A stretch of DNA of 63,830 nucleotides, the filler included, from Reclinomonas americana ATCC 50394 (taxonomy: Eukaryota), in assembly GCA_048213135.1 (NCBI GenBank). It is 6 parts of 5 records of this genome, joined end to end, with 100 filler letters (N's around TTAATTAATTAA, not from the genome) between each part and the next. Parts side by side here need not be neighbours in the genome. Positions count along the whole stretch, not along the records: positions 44,974 to 55,713 come from PS015444.1; positions 55,814 to 59,780 come from PS015446.1; positions 59,881 to 61,781 come from PS015447.1; positions 61,882 to 63,830 come from PS015451.1; 2 more parts are not named here. One strand, written 5' to 3'. How positions within the stretch are numbered: the first letter of the stretch is position 1; each line of letters starts with the position of its first letter. The notes beneath the pieces were generated by a model that worked only from the letters and a program-made list of their open reading frames with translations, did not search any database and had not been told where the DNA came from. The position numbers were made by a program, and so were the translations under genes. Of the stretch, positions 49,014-63,082 are shown piece by piece.

Positions 49014-49126
49014 TTTACAGTACGAGTAGTTGGCGGGAGAGGCAGTGTCCCCTCTGTCCTGCAGCGCTCGAAGAGCCGCTTCATATTGTGTCCAATTTCA
49101 GAGCGGAAGGGCCCGCCGCCGCCTCC

Positions 49127-52100
49127 ATGGACCCGCCGGCTGTCATCCGCACCGTGACCGCCTGGCTACGTGAACGCGGTGCGTCTCATCGATCGCACAC
49201 ACACACACACACGCATCCTTCCACAACTCTCACTCTCATGCGTGTTCGACAGGTGCGATCCATGGACTCTTCACGGAACCTGGCGACCAACGCGTCACCA
49301 GTGCACTCTTCAAGGCCGTTGCCTGTTGCGTTCCGCGAGCGAGCGCCAGCGCGCGTGTCTCTCTCTCTCTGTGTCTGTGCGTGAGTGCATCAGTTGGGAA
49401 GGGTCCTTNNNNNNNNNNNNNNNNNNNNNNNNNNNNNNNNNNNNNNNNNNNNNNNNNNNNNNNNNNNNNNNNNNNNNNNNNNNNNNNNNNNNNNNNNNNN
49501 NNNNNNNNNNNNNNNNNNNNNNNNNNNNNNNNNNNNNNNNNNNNNNNNNNNNNNNNNNNNNNNNNNNNNNNNNACTGTGCTTTTGTGGAAACCAGCTGCG
49601 GCATCGGCCGTGGATCGCGTGCTGGCCGAGGTGGCGAACGCCAACGACGCAAGTGCAGTGCACGGAGTCGCACAGTTCCTCGTCGACTACGTGAGCACAG
49701 TGGTGGTGCCGTCGGCGGTGCCCGGTGCGCAAGGCAGTCGCCTGGTTCCGCAGCAACTGGCCGCGGATCTGCTCGATTCTCTTCGTTGCGTGGCGTGGCC
49801 TCCATCTCTGTTTGCTGCTGCGTGGCGCACCGGCTGAGACCTGTTCGGTTTCTCCTGGCCAGACTTGCAGGATGCACAGCATCGCTTGCAGCGTCTGCGC
49901 ACGCTGGTGCAGAATGCGAGTTCCGTGGTGCGGCGATCGCTGCATCCGTTGTTCTCCTACTTGGCCTTTGTCGGCCGCAATGTGCACAGCAGTGGGATCA
50001 ACACGGCCGATCTTGCGGCGGTGCGTGGCATCTCTTTCTGTCTCCCTCTTCCTCGCACTCGTTGTGTGACCCTCGATGTGCAGTTGTTTGGTCCGAAGCT
50101 GCTGCGACCACACACTCGCAGTGCGGGCGACCTGGCGCCGACGGCAGACACCACCGGCACCATGTACAGCCAGGCTGCAGCGGCGTACCCGCTGGCCAAG
50201 ATTTTGATTGACAATTACGCCTTTATCTTTGCGGTACGCGACATGCACACTTTGCTGTCTCCCGCCCCGCCTCGACTCACCTCCNNNNNNNNNNNNNNNN
50301 NNNNNNNNNNNNNNNNNNNNNNNNNNNNNNNNNNNNNNNNNNNNNNNNNNNNNNNNNNNNNNNNNNNNNNNNNNNNNNNNNNNNNNNNNNNNNNNNNNNN
50401 NNNNNNNNNNNNNNNNNNNNNNNNNNNNNNNNNNNNNNNNNNNNNNNNNNNNNNNNNNNNNNNNNNNNNNNNNNNNNNNNNNNNNNNNNNNNNNNNNNNN
50501 NNNNNNNNNNNNNNNNNNNNNNNNNNNNNNNNNNNNNNNNNNNNNNNNNNNNNNNNNNNNNNNNNNNNNNNNNNNNNNNNNNNNNNNNNNNNNNNNNNNN
50601 NNNNNNNNNNNNNNNNNNNNNNNNNNNNNNNNNNNNNNNNNNNNNNNNNNNNNNNNNNNNNNNNNNNNNNNNNNNNNNNNNNNNNNNNNNNNNNNNNNNN
50701 NNNNNNNNNNNNNNNNNNNNNNNNNNNNNNNNNNNNNNNNNNNNNNNNNNNNNNNNNNNNNNNNNNNNNNNNNNNNNNNNNNNNNNNNNNNNNNNNNNNN
50801 NNNNNNNNNNNNNNNNNNNNNNNNNNNNNNNNNNNNNNNNNNNNNNNNNNNNNNNNNNNNNNNNNNNNNNNNNNNNNNNNNNNNNNNNNNNNNNNNNNNN
50901 NNNNNNNNNNNNNNNNNNNNNNNNNNNNNNNNNNNNNNNNNNNNNNNNNNNNNNNNNNNNNNNNNNNNNNNNNNNNNNNNNNNNNTTTGATCGCCTTCTC
51001 TCCCTCGCTGGATAGGATGGCGAAAAGTACGTGGCGACGCACGACTTTGTGTCGGAGAGCGATCACGAGTTGTCGGTTCGAGACGGGCAGCTGGTGCTGG
51101 TGCTGTCGGTCGAGGAGAACGGGTGGTGCTTGGGCCAGATTTACGAGGAGAAGCCAGTCTCATCGCAACTGCAACCAATGGGCTGGGTGCCGCTGTCGCA
51201 CTTGCAGAGGGTTCACGTACCGGGCCCAGAGTCGCTGACACGAACGCCCCCCGCTCGCTTCGAGAGAGACTATCCACCCGCAGGCGCCACTGCCGAGACC
51301 GTGAATCCTCTGTACGCGTCGCCAGCAGCCAAGATGCCCGACGTGAGCTTTGTGGCGCACGCTGACGACACGCCGGTGGTGCCTCGGCGCTCCAGCGTCA
51401 CCATCCGTCCGGATGCAGACACCGCACCGATGGCTGCGGCAGCTGGTCGTCCGCGTGCGGGATCCGCCAGTGGTGGAGTGCCACCGCTGATGCCCGCACT
51501 TCCGCAACTGCCACCGGCGCAGCCACAGCCACAGTCGCAGCCGCAGAACACGGGCACCGGTCGTCCTGCCAACATCTCGCCGGGAAGATCACGCGCCTCC
51601 ACTGTCGGAGCGATGCCGAGCGCACTGAACACTGCCAAATTCCTCGCGCATCCCGGTGCCTCGGGCATGCAGCAGCTATCGCTGCCTCTCCCACCGCAGC
51701 TGCCGGCCAGAATTCCGGCACAGGGATCGCAGTCGAACCGCTCCTCTCGTGGTGCGTGCATCCGTGAGAAGCTCTGTGTGTGTGTTTTCCTCGCTGCTCA
51801 TGTGCTGCCTCGGCGCAGATTTGACACCAGCGGCGCCCGCCTCACAAGGAGAAGCCGGTATGCTCAATCCAATCCCAACGCCGCCGGCAATGGCGCGTCC
51901 TGCCCCAGTGGCTCGACCGGCGCTCTCGACACGGAATGCACCCGGTGGCACCAACAATCGCGACTCGTTCCGCGAGTTGCCGCTGGACGAGGAACCAATC
52001 GGTAAATACGCACTACTGTGGTAGTGTGGTAGTGTGTGTGGCTTGTGCACTCACGTGTGGTGATTTGCATCTGCAGTCAATGGCGTGTCCACGGTTCAGC

Positions 52101-54509
52101 CGCCGTCGCAACGGTACGTTTGGAATCGTGTGTTCCATTTCTCCGCCCTCGTCACCGCTGCTCATCTTCTCTCCACATGCAGTGAGGGCGAACTGCGCAG
52201 TGTCAAGTACTGGAAGGACAGAAGCATGATGCTGGAGAATGGTGTGTGTGCTGACAGAAGTCATGCTGTACCGCCGACCCGTGCTTTTGTCAACTAATCG
52301 GTGATTTGCAGAGGCCAACGAGCTGAAGCACAACAATGAGGTTCTGGGGAAGCGAGTCCAGGAACTGGAGCGCGATCAGTCCAATGTGCGTGCGAGGGAC
52401 GGAAGAGGCATTCATGTATTTCCGTGCGAGGCACACGCTGACTGCGTGCGAAAAATTCGTGTAGGTGGAGTTGGAGATTCACACATTGGCCTCGGAGCTG
52501 GAGAGGGAGCGTGAAACCTATCGGGAACTGGAACAGAAGCTGGGTATGGGATCGAATGGGCAAGACGGAGACAGCCCGTCAAAGCGACCATTCGATGCCG
52601 TCGCAGCCGATGTGTTGCGTTTCTTCAATGTTGAACCCTCGTGGAACGGGACTTGCTGCTGATGTTTGGAGACACACACACATACAGACTCAAGGAACAA
52701 GTGCAACATCTGCAAGAGGAACTCATTCGTGCCAAGATGTCCAACGAGCAGCTGCAGTCGGAGAACGCACACTTGCATGGGTGCGTAGTTGACAGTGTGC
52801 ACATGCACACTTCGATGGCTGACTCAATCAATGGTGTCGTGTCAGTCTGGTGCGCAAGTACAAGAAGGAGAACGCGGTAGCTAACGCAGCCGTGGCGGAG
52901 GCGTCTCAAGAAAAGACCAAACTGGAGCAGGAGGTCGAGAAGGACACAATGGCGAACGACCGCGTGCAGCGACTGACACGTGAGAACGCCCGTCTCAAGT
53001 CGTACGTCGACGACTTGATTCGTGAACGATCGAGTGAGTCGAGCTTGCTTGCGTTCTTCACCCCCACGTACTGCCTTCTGAATTGAACTTTTTTGTGTGT
53101 GTGGTAGCACTGAGCCAGCGTGTGGACGAACTGGCGGAGAGACTAAAGGCAGCAGAGGCAAACAGGCCACCGGTTGTCGAGCCTGTTCGGACGGCGACGC
53201 GGACTCAGTCGGTATGTATTCCTCGTCGCCTACCGCATACTCCCGCTGCCCTTCCCCCTCGTTGTTGCCTTTCGCCCTCCCCCCTTCCTCCCCCCTCCTC
53301 CCTCCCTTTCCCCCCTCCCTCCCCCTTTCTGTCTCCCTCTCCCTCCCTCCCCCTTCTGACACGTCTTGTTATTTCACAGCCACTCTCATTCTTGGCCGAC
53401 GTCCCCCCTGCTCCTCGCATGCCATCGTTTTCTGTGTATCCGTACGCACAGCGTGTGCCAGCAGAGTCAGCACCATCACTCGAACCGGCTCCGTCTCGAT
53501 TGTCTTCCGCTCTGCCGATGCCGATGATGACAGACGTCAAGTTGTGTGCACGCGCTCAGTCATTATTCGTGTGTGCGAGTTGCTGACATTTACGCCAGTG
53601 CTGCACCTGCGACATTTGGCGGTCACCACAGACACGGTGAGCCGCTTGACTCCATCTCTTCGGTGGCGGCAGCGGCACCGTCGAACCGAAATCCATCGGC
53701 ATACGAGCTTGACGCATTGGAGCGTCGGCTGCGTGACAGTCTGCGGCGAATGGAGGAATCGAACTCGACTCTTGTGAGTGGTGAACCCGGTGGCGGTGGT
53801 GGTGGTGGGCGAACTACGGCGCCAACAGCAGGCGCCGAATTCCGCTCCTACTACCATCCGCGGTCGGCTGACCCCATTGGTGCGTCGCCCATGCTTCAAC
53901 TCGACGTCAAGCGGCCGGCAATCGTCTCTGCTGCGGCCGATCTTCGCGCACGCACGAGTGCAGTCGATGGCTACTCACCGGTATGTGTGGTGTGGCATGT
54001 TTCTCTGACACTCCACCACCCTTTAGCTCACCAACTTGCACACACAGGATCATGGTGGCGGCCGTGCCGATCCGTTCCGCTCGTTGCAACGCGAACGAGA
54101 ACGCCTCCTACAAGACCAACTGATGTACCCGCTGCCGTCGGTGCTCGGCAACGGCCACATCCCTGTTGCCGGCGTGCGACCCACGACTCCCCCTTCGCCC
54201 GGACGCTCGACCAGTCCATACGACGCACTGGTATCGCGCATACAAAACAAGCTGGAGGAGGTGAGTCGCGATCGCGGCGCACCAACCCGGACCGCCGGCC
54301 GTAGTACGGTGCTGCGAAATCCATTCGAGGCCACCCTGCCGCCAAGCCACCTGCCTCCAGCCTCCTCCTCGTCATCGCGACCCTCCAGCCCCACCGAGTA
54401 CGGCAGTCGACCGTCGCTGAACGGACATGCCTACGCCGGCAACTCCCGAAAGGCTCCTCCACACCGCAAACCGCCACCCCCACACTACGGCGTGTCGGGG
54501 TTGTACTGA
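49127..54509 (+). CDS. RhoGAP-fold (pseudo-GAP) + SH3 + Pro-rich + coiled-coil protein (gapped)
   Basis: WLRERGAIHGLFTEPG, VHGVAQFLVDY, YLAFVGRN..INTADLAA.LFGPKLLRP; SH3 YVATHDFVSESDHELSVRDG..NGWCLG..GWVPLSHL. Confidence 0.75.
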
Positions 54510-55819
54510 ATACACATAACAATCTCTCATAGTTGTGTAAAAAACAAAAGCGGTCGCGAAGGGCGTGGAAAAGGCGGGACCAAAATCGCGCAGTGTCNNN
54601 NNNNNNNNNNNNNNNNNNNNNNNNNNNNNNNNNNNNNNNNNNNNNNNNNNNNNNNNNNNNNNNNNNNNNNNNNNNNNNNNNNNNNNNNNNNNNNNNNNNN
54701 NNNNNNNNNNNNNNNNNNNNNNNNNNNNNNNNNNNNNNNNNNNNNNNNNNNNNNNNNNNNNNNNNNNNNNNNNNNNNNNNNNNNNNNNNNNNNNNNNNNN
54801 NNNNNNNNNNNNNNNNNNNNNNNNNNNNNNNNNNNNNNNNNNNNNNNNNNNNNNNNNNNNNNNNNNNNNNNNNNNNNNNNNNNNNNNNNNNNNNNNNNNN
54901 NNNNNNNNNNNNNNNNNNNNNNNNNNNNNNNNNNNNNNNNNNNNNNNNNNNNNNNNNNNNNNNNNNNNNNNNNNNNNNNNNNNNNNNNNNNNNNNNNNNN
55001 NNNNNNNNNNNNNNNNNNNNNNNNNNNNNNNNNNNNNNNNNNNNNNNNNNNNNNNNNNNNNNNNNNNNNNNNNNNNNNNNNNNNNNNNNNNNNNNNNNNN
55101 NNNNNNNNNNNNNNNNNNNNNNNNNNNNNNNNNNNNNNNNNNNNNNNNNNNNNNNNNNNNNNNNNNNNNNNNNNNNNNNNNNNNNNNNNNNNNNNNNNNN
55201 NNNNNNNNNNNNNNNNNNNNNNNNNNNNNNNNNNNNNNNNNNNNNNNNNNNNNNNNNNNNNNNNNNNNNNNNNNNNNNNNNNNNNNNNNNNNNNNNNNNN
55301 NNNNNNNNNNNNNNNNNNNNNNNNNNNNNNNNNNNNNNNNNNNNNNNNNNNNNNNNNNNNNNNNNNNNNNNNNNNNNNNNNNNNNNNNNNNNNNNNNNNN
55401 NNNNNNNNNNNNNNNNNNNNNNNNNNNNNNNNNNNNNNNNNNNNNNNNNNNNNNNNNNNNNNNNNNNNNNNNNNNNNNNNNNNNNNNNNNNNNNNNNNNN
55501 NNNNNNNNNNNNNNNNNNNNNNNNNNNNNNNNNNNNNNNNNNNNNNNNNNNNNNNNNNNNNNNNNNCCCCTGAATTTTTGTCGATCCCATCTCACACTGT
55601 CGCCCAGTGTCGCACTTCTCGCCAAAAGCGTCCATTTGTGCTCTCCATATGTCAATGCGTGGGCACACGAAGCCACGACGCGTCAGCGCGTGCCGCAGAG
55701 CAACGAGGGGAGTNNNNNNNNNNNNNNNNNNNNNNNNNNNNNNNNNNNNNNNNNNNNTTAATTAATTAANNNNNNNNNNNNNNNNNNNNNNNNNNNNNNN
55801 NNNNNNNNNNNNNCTGTGT

Positions 55820-57072
55820 TTACTTTGGGATCCAGTAGCCTAGCTTGCTCCGAGCTGGATGCTCGGGATTGAAGACCAACTCCTGCCACGCCTTGTGCGT
55901 CTCCTCGACAATGTCGAGAGCGTACTTGACGCCGCGGTACTCGCCGTTGAAGGCGAACTCGTTCTCGCCCTTGCCCTCGGCGGTCTTGTAGTACCGGAAC
56001 CAGTGGCGAATGGCGTCCAGCTGCCCGGGGAACACCTTGTCCACGTCCGTAATGTCTGCAAAGCCACGGTGAGCACCAGCAACACAACAGCAACAACATC
56101 CATCTCACGACACGCACCATTTAGCTCAGCCGCACGCTGGTGATTCTTGCGAATGGCCACCACCTTCCAGTCGGTCTCTCCGCCGTCCACCAAGCCCAGC
56201 ACGCCAAGCACCTTGACGGGCACCGTGTCGCCCATGATGATCGGAGTTTCGCCAATCTCCACCACATCGAGCGGATCGCCGTCGCCCATGAAGCCCGTGT
56301 CGGGGTGCTTGTGTTCTGGGTTCTCCCACGTCCGCGGGAAGCACCCGTAGTTGAACGGCATGGCGCCGTACTTGAAGAATCTGCTCCACGGAACCGTGTT
56401 AAAGAGTGCGCCACACGAAGAGAGGGGAGTGAGCGACTAGGTACGTAACCGCAGTTCGCCCTTCTTGAGATCCTGCTTCAGCGGATTGTGGGGCTCCTCC
56501 TTGTTGACCTCCATCTTGGGGTACGTTCTACAAACAAAACGGACCGTGAGCGCGGTCCACGTGGCATGCATGCACTGCAAAGAGAGACGCGTAACGCAAC
56601 CCCTTGGGGATCTCATTGACAAACGTGAACACCGGATCGCGTGCGCCCGGCGCCGTCAACGCCAGCGGCAAGTCATGCCACGGCGACAGCCGCACACCCG
56701 CAGCAGTCTTGAGAAACACGCGAAACTCCTTCGTCTCTGGCTTGCCAATCAGTTCCACGTGTTGCTGCAAATGCATGCATGCACAAGGTCAGTCATGCAT
56801 TACTCCTCTCTCTGTGTGTGTGTCTCTCTCTACATCGCGTGACTACCTCATTGCTGCCTCTCTCCTCGTCGACAGCGACCCACATCCACATCATGGCAAT
56901 GCACACGCCGACAAACAGCACCGCCACTGTCATCATGCTCGTGCTCTACAACATAAAAACACGCGTGTGTGTCTATGTGCTCAACACACACACACACAAT
57001 GAGAGAGAAGGACGCAACAGTGACAGCGGTGCTGAACCGACGCAGACACCGTCCAAGCATGCCAATGACCAT
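55820..57072 (-). CDS. Family I inorganic pyrophosphatase with N-terminal presequence-like segment and TM helix
   Basis: LSPWHDLPL, VNEIPKGTYPKMEV, NPLKQDLKKGELR, NYGCFPRTWENP, GDGDPLDVVEIG, LVDGGETDWKV, HWFRYYK. Confidence 0.95.
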
Positions 57073-57123
57073 CGTCTCTCTCGCTCTCTTGCAACAAACA
57101 CGTGTAATTTCGTTTTCTTTGTG

Positions 57124-59728
57124 ATGCGCTTCGTGGCGGGCGGTGCACTGCGGTCACCGCGGTTAGCCGCCGTCATTGTGCTGCTAGTGGTGCTCACAGC
57201 CATGGGCGCTGTGTATGCGCTGCTCACCACGCGGTTCGCGCTCTCTCTCAGTCTCTCTCTGTCTCTCTCGCTCGTGTTCTTTACGTTTTCGTTTGCAGGT
57301 GTCAGCGGCAACTGTACGCCGTGGAGAGTGTGAGTCAGGCGCAGACGGCGTCGCTGCTGCGTCGTAAGAATGCGGTGGTGGAGCGACTGAAAGATCGCAT
57401 TGGCGAGTTGCGCAGTCGAGTGCGCGAGTTGGAGAAGCAGGTGCGTGCGGCCGCCAAGCAGCAAGAGGGCGCAGCGGTGGTCGACGAGCAGCCAGGAGAT
57501 GATGATGTTGATGTCGATGTTGATGATGATGATAACAATGGCGACGATGATGTGGACTTGTGGGAGGGCGAGGAAGCGATCGATGACAACGCGGATGATC
57601 GTGACAAGTCGTCGACACCGCCTGTCGACAAGCCGTCGTCGGCGGTGGTGCCCATTCCGCTGGTGATCATGACGTACAATCGTGCCGATTACCTCAAGCG
57701 ATGCCTCGATTCGGTGTTCTCGAGGCTGCCGCCGGCAACCGGCGACAGTCAGTCGTGGGCGTACGACATTTACGTGTCGCAGGATGGCAACGACCCATCG
57801 ATCCCGCGCGTCACGCAGCAGTATTCGCGCATTGTCGAGCACTTTCAGCATCCGCGCATCCCGCCGCTCCCGAGTGCGCTGCCGCCGGGCGAGCTGCCGG
57901 TGTATCACGCCATTGCTGCGCATTACAAGTGGGCCATTGATCGCGTCTTTGCCGAGAATCCGGCCTACAAGGAGATTGTGCTGCTGGAGGGTGAGTGCTG
58001 CGGCGAGTCAGAGTAGGCGGCTTGGCGCGCACGATTGACCTCGCGGTGCAGAGGATCTGGAGATCGCGCCTGACTTTTTCGAGTACTTTGCCGCCATGCG
58101 CCAGCCCCTGCATCGCTTTCCGTACATGTACTGCGTGTCGGCATTCAACGACAATGGGAACCCGGAGTTTGTGCGGTACGAAGAAGCACGCGCGTGTGTG
58201 TGCGTATGTGTGGGTTGTTGTCGCTCACTCCACGCAGCGATCCACAAGCGTTGCATTTGACCGACTTTTTCCCTGGTCTGGGTTGGATGCTGACACGCAA
58301 ATTGTGGGAGACCGAGCTGCGCTCCAAGTGGCCGTCGGGCTACTGGGACGACTGGCTGCGGCTGCCGCAGCATCGGCAAAAGCGATTCTGCATCCGACCA
58401 GAGGTAGTTGCCGATGTTGCTGCCGCACGACAATATGTGTGTAACTAGAGTATGGCGGAACAGGTTTCGCGCACCAAGACATTCGGCGAGCGTGGCAGCA
58501 GCGAGGGACAGTTCTACGCGCAACATCTGGCTTCCATTAAGTTGAACAGCGAGATGATTCGGTGGACCAAGAAGAACCTGTCGTTCATTGAGCAGGTACG
58601 TGTGACGCACGTGCCCGTGCGTGTGTGTGTGTATGGGCAAGCACCCACCGACGCCAACGCTNNNNNNNNNNNNNNNNNNNNNNNNNNNNNNNNNNNNNNN
58701 NNNNNNNNNNNNNNNNNNNNNNNNNNNNNNNNNNNNNNNNNNNNNNNNNNNNNNNNNNNNNNNNNNNNNNNNNNNNNNNNNNNNNNNNNNNNNNNNNNNN
58801 NNNNNNNNNNNNNNNNNNNNNNNNNNNNNNNNNNNNNNNNNNNNNNNNNNNNNNNNNNNNNNNNNNNNNNNNNNNNNNNNNNNNNNNNNNNNNNNNNNNN
58901 NNNNNNNNNNNNNNNNNNNNNNNNNNNNNNNNNNNNNNNNNNNNNNNNNNNNNNNNNNNNNNNNNNNNNNNNNNNNNNNNNNNNNNNNNNNNNNNNNNNN
59001 NNNNNNNNNNNNNNNNNNNNNNNNNNNNNNNNNNNNNNNNNNNNNNNNNNNNNNNNNNNNNNNNNNNNNNNNNNNNNNNNNNNNNNNNNNNNNNNNNNNN
59101 NNNNNNNNNNNNNNNNNNNNNNNNNNNNNNNNNNNNNNNNNNNNNNNNNNNNNNNNNNNNNNNNNNNNNNNNNNNNNNNNNNNNNNNNNNNNNNNNNNNN
59201 NNNNNNNNNNNNNNNNNNNNNNNNNNNNNNNNNNNNNNNNNNNNNNNNNNNNNNNNNNNNNNNNNNNNNNNNNNNNNNNNNNNNNNNNNNNNNNNNNNNN
59301 NNNNNNNNNNNNNNNNNNNNNNNNNNNNNNNNNNNNNNNNNNNNNNNNNNNNNNNNNNNNNNNNNNNNNNNNNNNNNNNNNNNNNNNNNNNNNNNNNNNN
59401 NNNNNNNNNNNNNNNNNNNNNNNNNNNNNNNNNNNNNNNNNNNNNNNNNNNNNNNNNNNNNNNNNNNNNNNNNNNNNNNNNNNNNNNNNNNNNNNNNNNN
59501 NNNNNNNNNNNNNNNNNNNNNNNNNNNNNNNNNNNNNNNNNNNNNNNNNNNNNNNNNNNNNNNNNNNNNNNNNNNNNNNNNNNNNNNNNNNNNNNNNNNN
59601 NNNNNNNNNNNNNNNCCCCCACGCAGGCACCATTCGACAAGGCACTGGTACAGACACTACGCGAAGGCACGCGCATCAACAGTGTGGAGGAAATCGAATA
59701 CCAGCAGGGGTCGACAGTGCTGCTCAGG
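57124..59728 (+). CDS. MGAT1: Alpha-1,3-mannosyl-glycoprotein beta-1,2-N-acetylglucosaminyltransferase I (GT13), 3' truncated
   Basis: N-terminal TM, TYNRADYL, VSQDG, IAAHYKWA, LEEDLEIAPDFFEYF, DFFPGLGWML, WDDWLR, RPEVSRTKTFGERGSSEGQFY. Confidence 0.93.
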
Positions 59729-59894
59729 TGGGTGGTGGGGTGGGCAACACGCACACAACACGCACACACACGCGCGCGCGNNNNNNNNNNNNNNNNNNNN
59801 NNNNNNNNNNNNNNNNNNNNNNNNTTAATTAATTAANNNNNNNNNNNNNNNNNNNNNNNNNNNNNNNNNNNNNNNNNNNNCTCCCGTGTCACAC

Positions 59895-60711
59895 ATGGAG
59901 CTCGACGATCACACCGCGTACTCGGCTAATCCACCACCACCACCACCACCACCACCACCACCACCACCACCACCACCACCACCACCATCTTCATCTTCCG
60001 CCCAACAAGTGAGCGAGGCCATTTTGTGGAACGCGCACGGTCTCACTGTCGAGAATGTTGAGAGCGATGCGCCAGTTGGCGGGGATGATGGAGGCAGCCT
60101 CAGCAGCTCGGTGTCGCAGTTTCGTGTTGTTCCGTACCACTCGCCCACGCACAATGTGACTGACGTGAATGCGCAGGCCGAATGAACGCAAGAGAAGACG
60201 AGAGAGCGATGACAGTGACGAGGTGGATGAGCCAGCACAAAAGAAGGCTGTGCCGGCAGTAGCGCAAGCGCGGCGTCTGTGGATTGAACTGTGTACGGCT
60301 GGCACCGTTGAGGGACCATTGGGTGGGTGGCTGTCGGATTCTGTTGTCGTTGGGATGTTGTGTGTGTGTGTGTGTGCTGACTGATGTTTCGTGTAACTCT
60401 TGGTGCCAGACGGTGTGCGAGTTCCGCTCCGAATCATTCGCAGCACAACACTTGAGGACTTTGGGCGACTGGCGAAGCAGCAAGTCCGAGCCGTGCTGCA
60501 GCGCGACCCGCATGTACTGTGGTATCACATTGGCGACAAGAGAGTGGAGCTGCCGCTGGCGTCGACAGGCGGTATCGATGACGACGACGTGAATCAATGG
60601 GCCGACTTGCGCCGCCTTGCGTGGCAGCAATCTGTCCTTGATGGTGATGAGGGCGGTGAGCGGGCAGGGGATCAGCTGCAGGAGGCGCCCATCCTGCTCT
60701 TTGCCTCATAG
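59895..60711 (+). CDS. Hypothetical protein with poly-Pro N-terminus (multi-exon)
   Basis: Open exons with (CCA)19 poly-Pro; final exon VRVPLRIIRSTTLEDFG...PILLFAS*. Confidence 0.4.
59931..59987 (+). repeat. (CCA)19 trinucleotide repeat (poly-Pro)
   Basis: Perfect CCA run. Confidence 0.97.
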
Positions 60712-60797
60712 TATCACGAAGAGGGAGGGAAACATTTAAAGAGAAACAAGAAATACAATAACGCTTGCGCAATGATAACTTTACGAGACCGGAACTG

Positions 60798-62359
<1,562 letters not shown>

Positions 62360-62439
62360 CGCCCCTGCTCAACGGCACGCGCGCGATCAAAGTGTGATTG
62401 AACGGCAGGACGCGCGCAGGACAGCCGTTGTGAACTGCC

Positions 62440-63082
62440 ATGGTGCGAAGCGCGTTTGCCTGTGCGCCCTCATCGCCTGTGTCGTCGCTGACTTCTCTCT
62501 TTGTAGGCGAGTATTCTCTCAGACGAGGCGTGCGACGTCGCGCGGCAGTTGTTCGCGACGTTGGCGGAGGGCGCAGCACCGCGCATTCGATTGAGCGTGT
62601 TGACGTCGGTGATGCAGTGCGTGGACCAGACGTTCACCGAGAGCGATGTGCGCTCGTGGGCACTGGAGGCGCGCGCGAATACGCAGCTCATTGATGCGTC
62701 ACTTCAGCAGCAGCAAGCAGAGGCCATCAGTGCGCGAAGTCATCGCAGTGGAAGCACTGGTGCCATCGAAGGCGGTGATGACGACGAGGGTGTATCGTTT
62801 GATGAGTTCGTATCGGTGCTGGCGCGCACGGAGCGCGATTGCGACAAGGAGAGCGAGCTGCGCGTGGTGTTTGCGCAGATTGCGCAGCCGCCCGATGTGC
62901 GCACGCTGACGCCCGCGGCGATTGCGGCGTTTCTGGAGGAGGAGGAGCGGCAGCAGCGGAGGAAGCCGGGGGCGTTGAGTTTGACGGCGGAGGAGATGGA
63001 GCAGTTGTGCAGGTTGGCGGATTTTGGGGGTGATGGGAGGGTGGATTTTGAGGATTTTGTGCGCGTCACGTGCCCTAATTGA
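62440..63082 (+). CDS. Divergent calmodulin/centrin-like EF-hand protein
   Basis: ATG-only exon, then ...GVSFDEFVSVL...ESELRVVF...LTAEEMEQLCRLADFGGDGRVDFEDFV; only the last EF loop looks intact. Confidence 0.75.
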
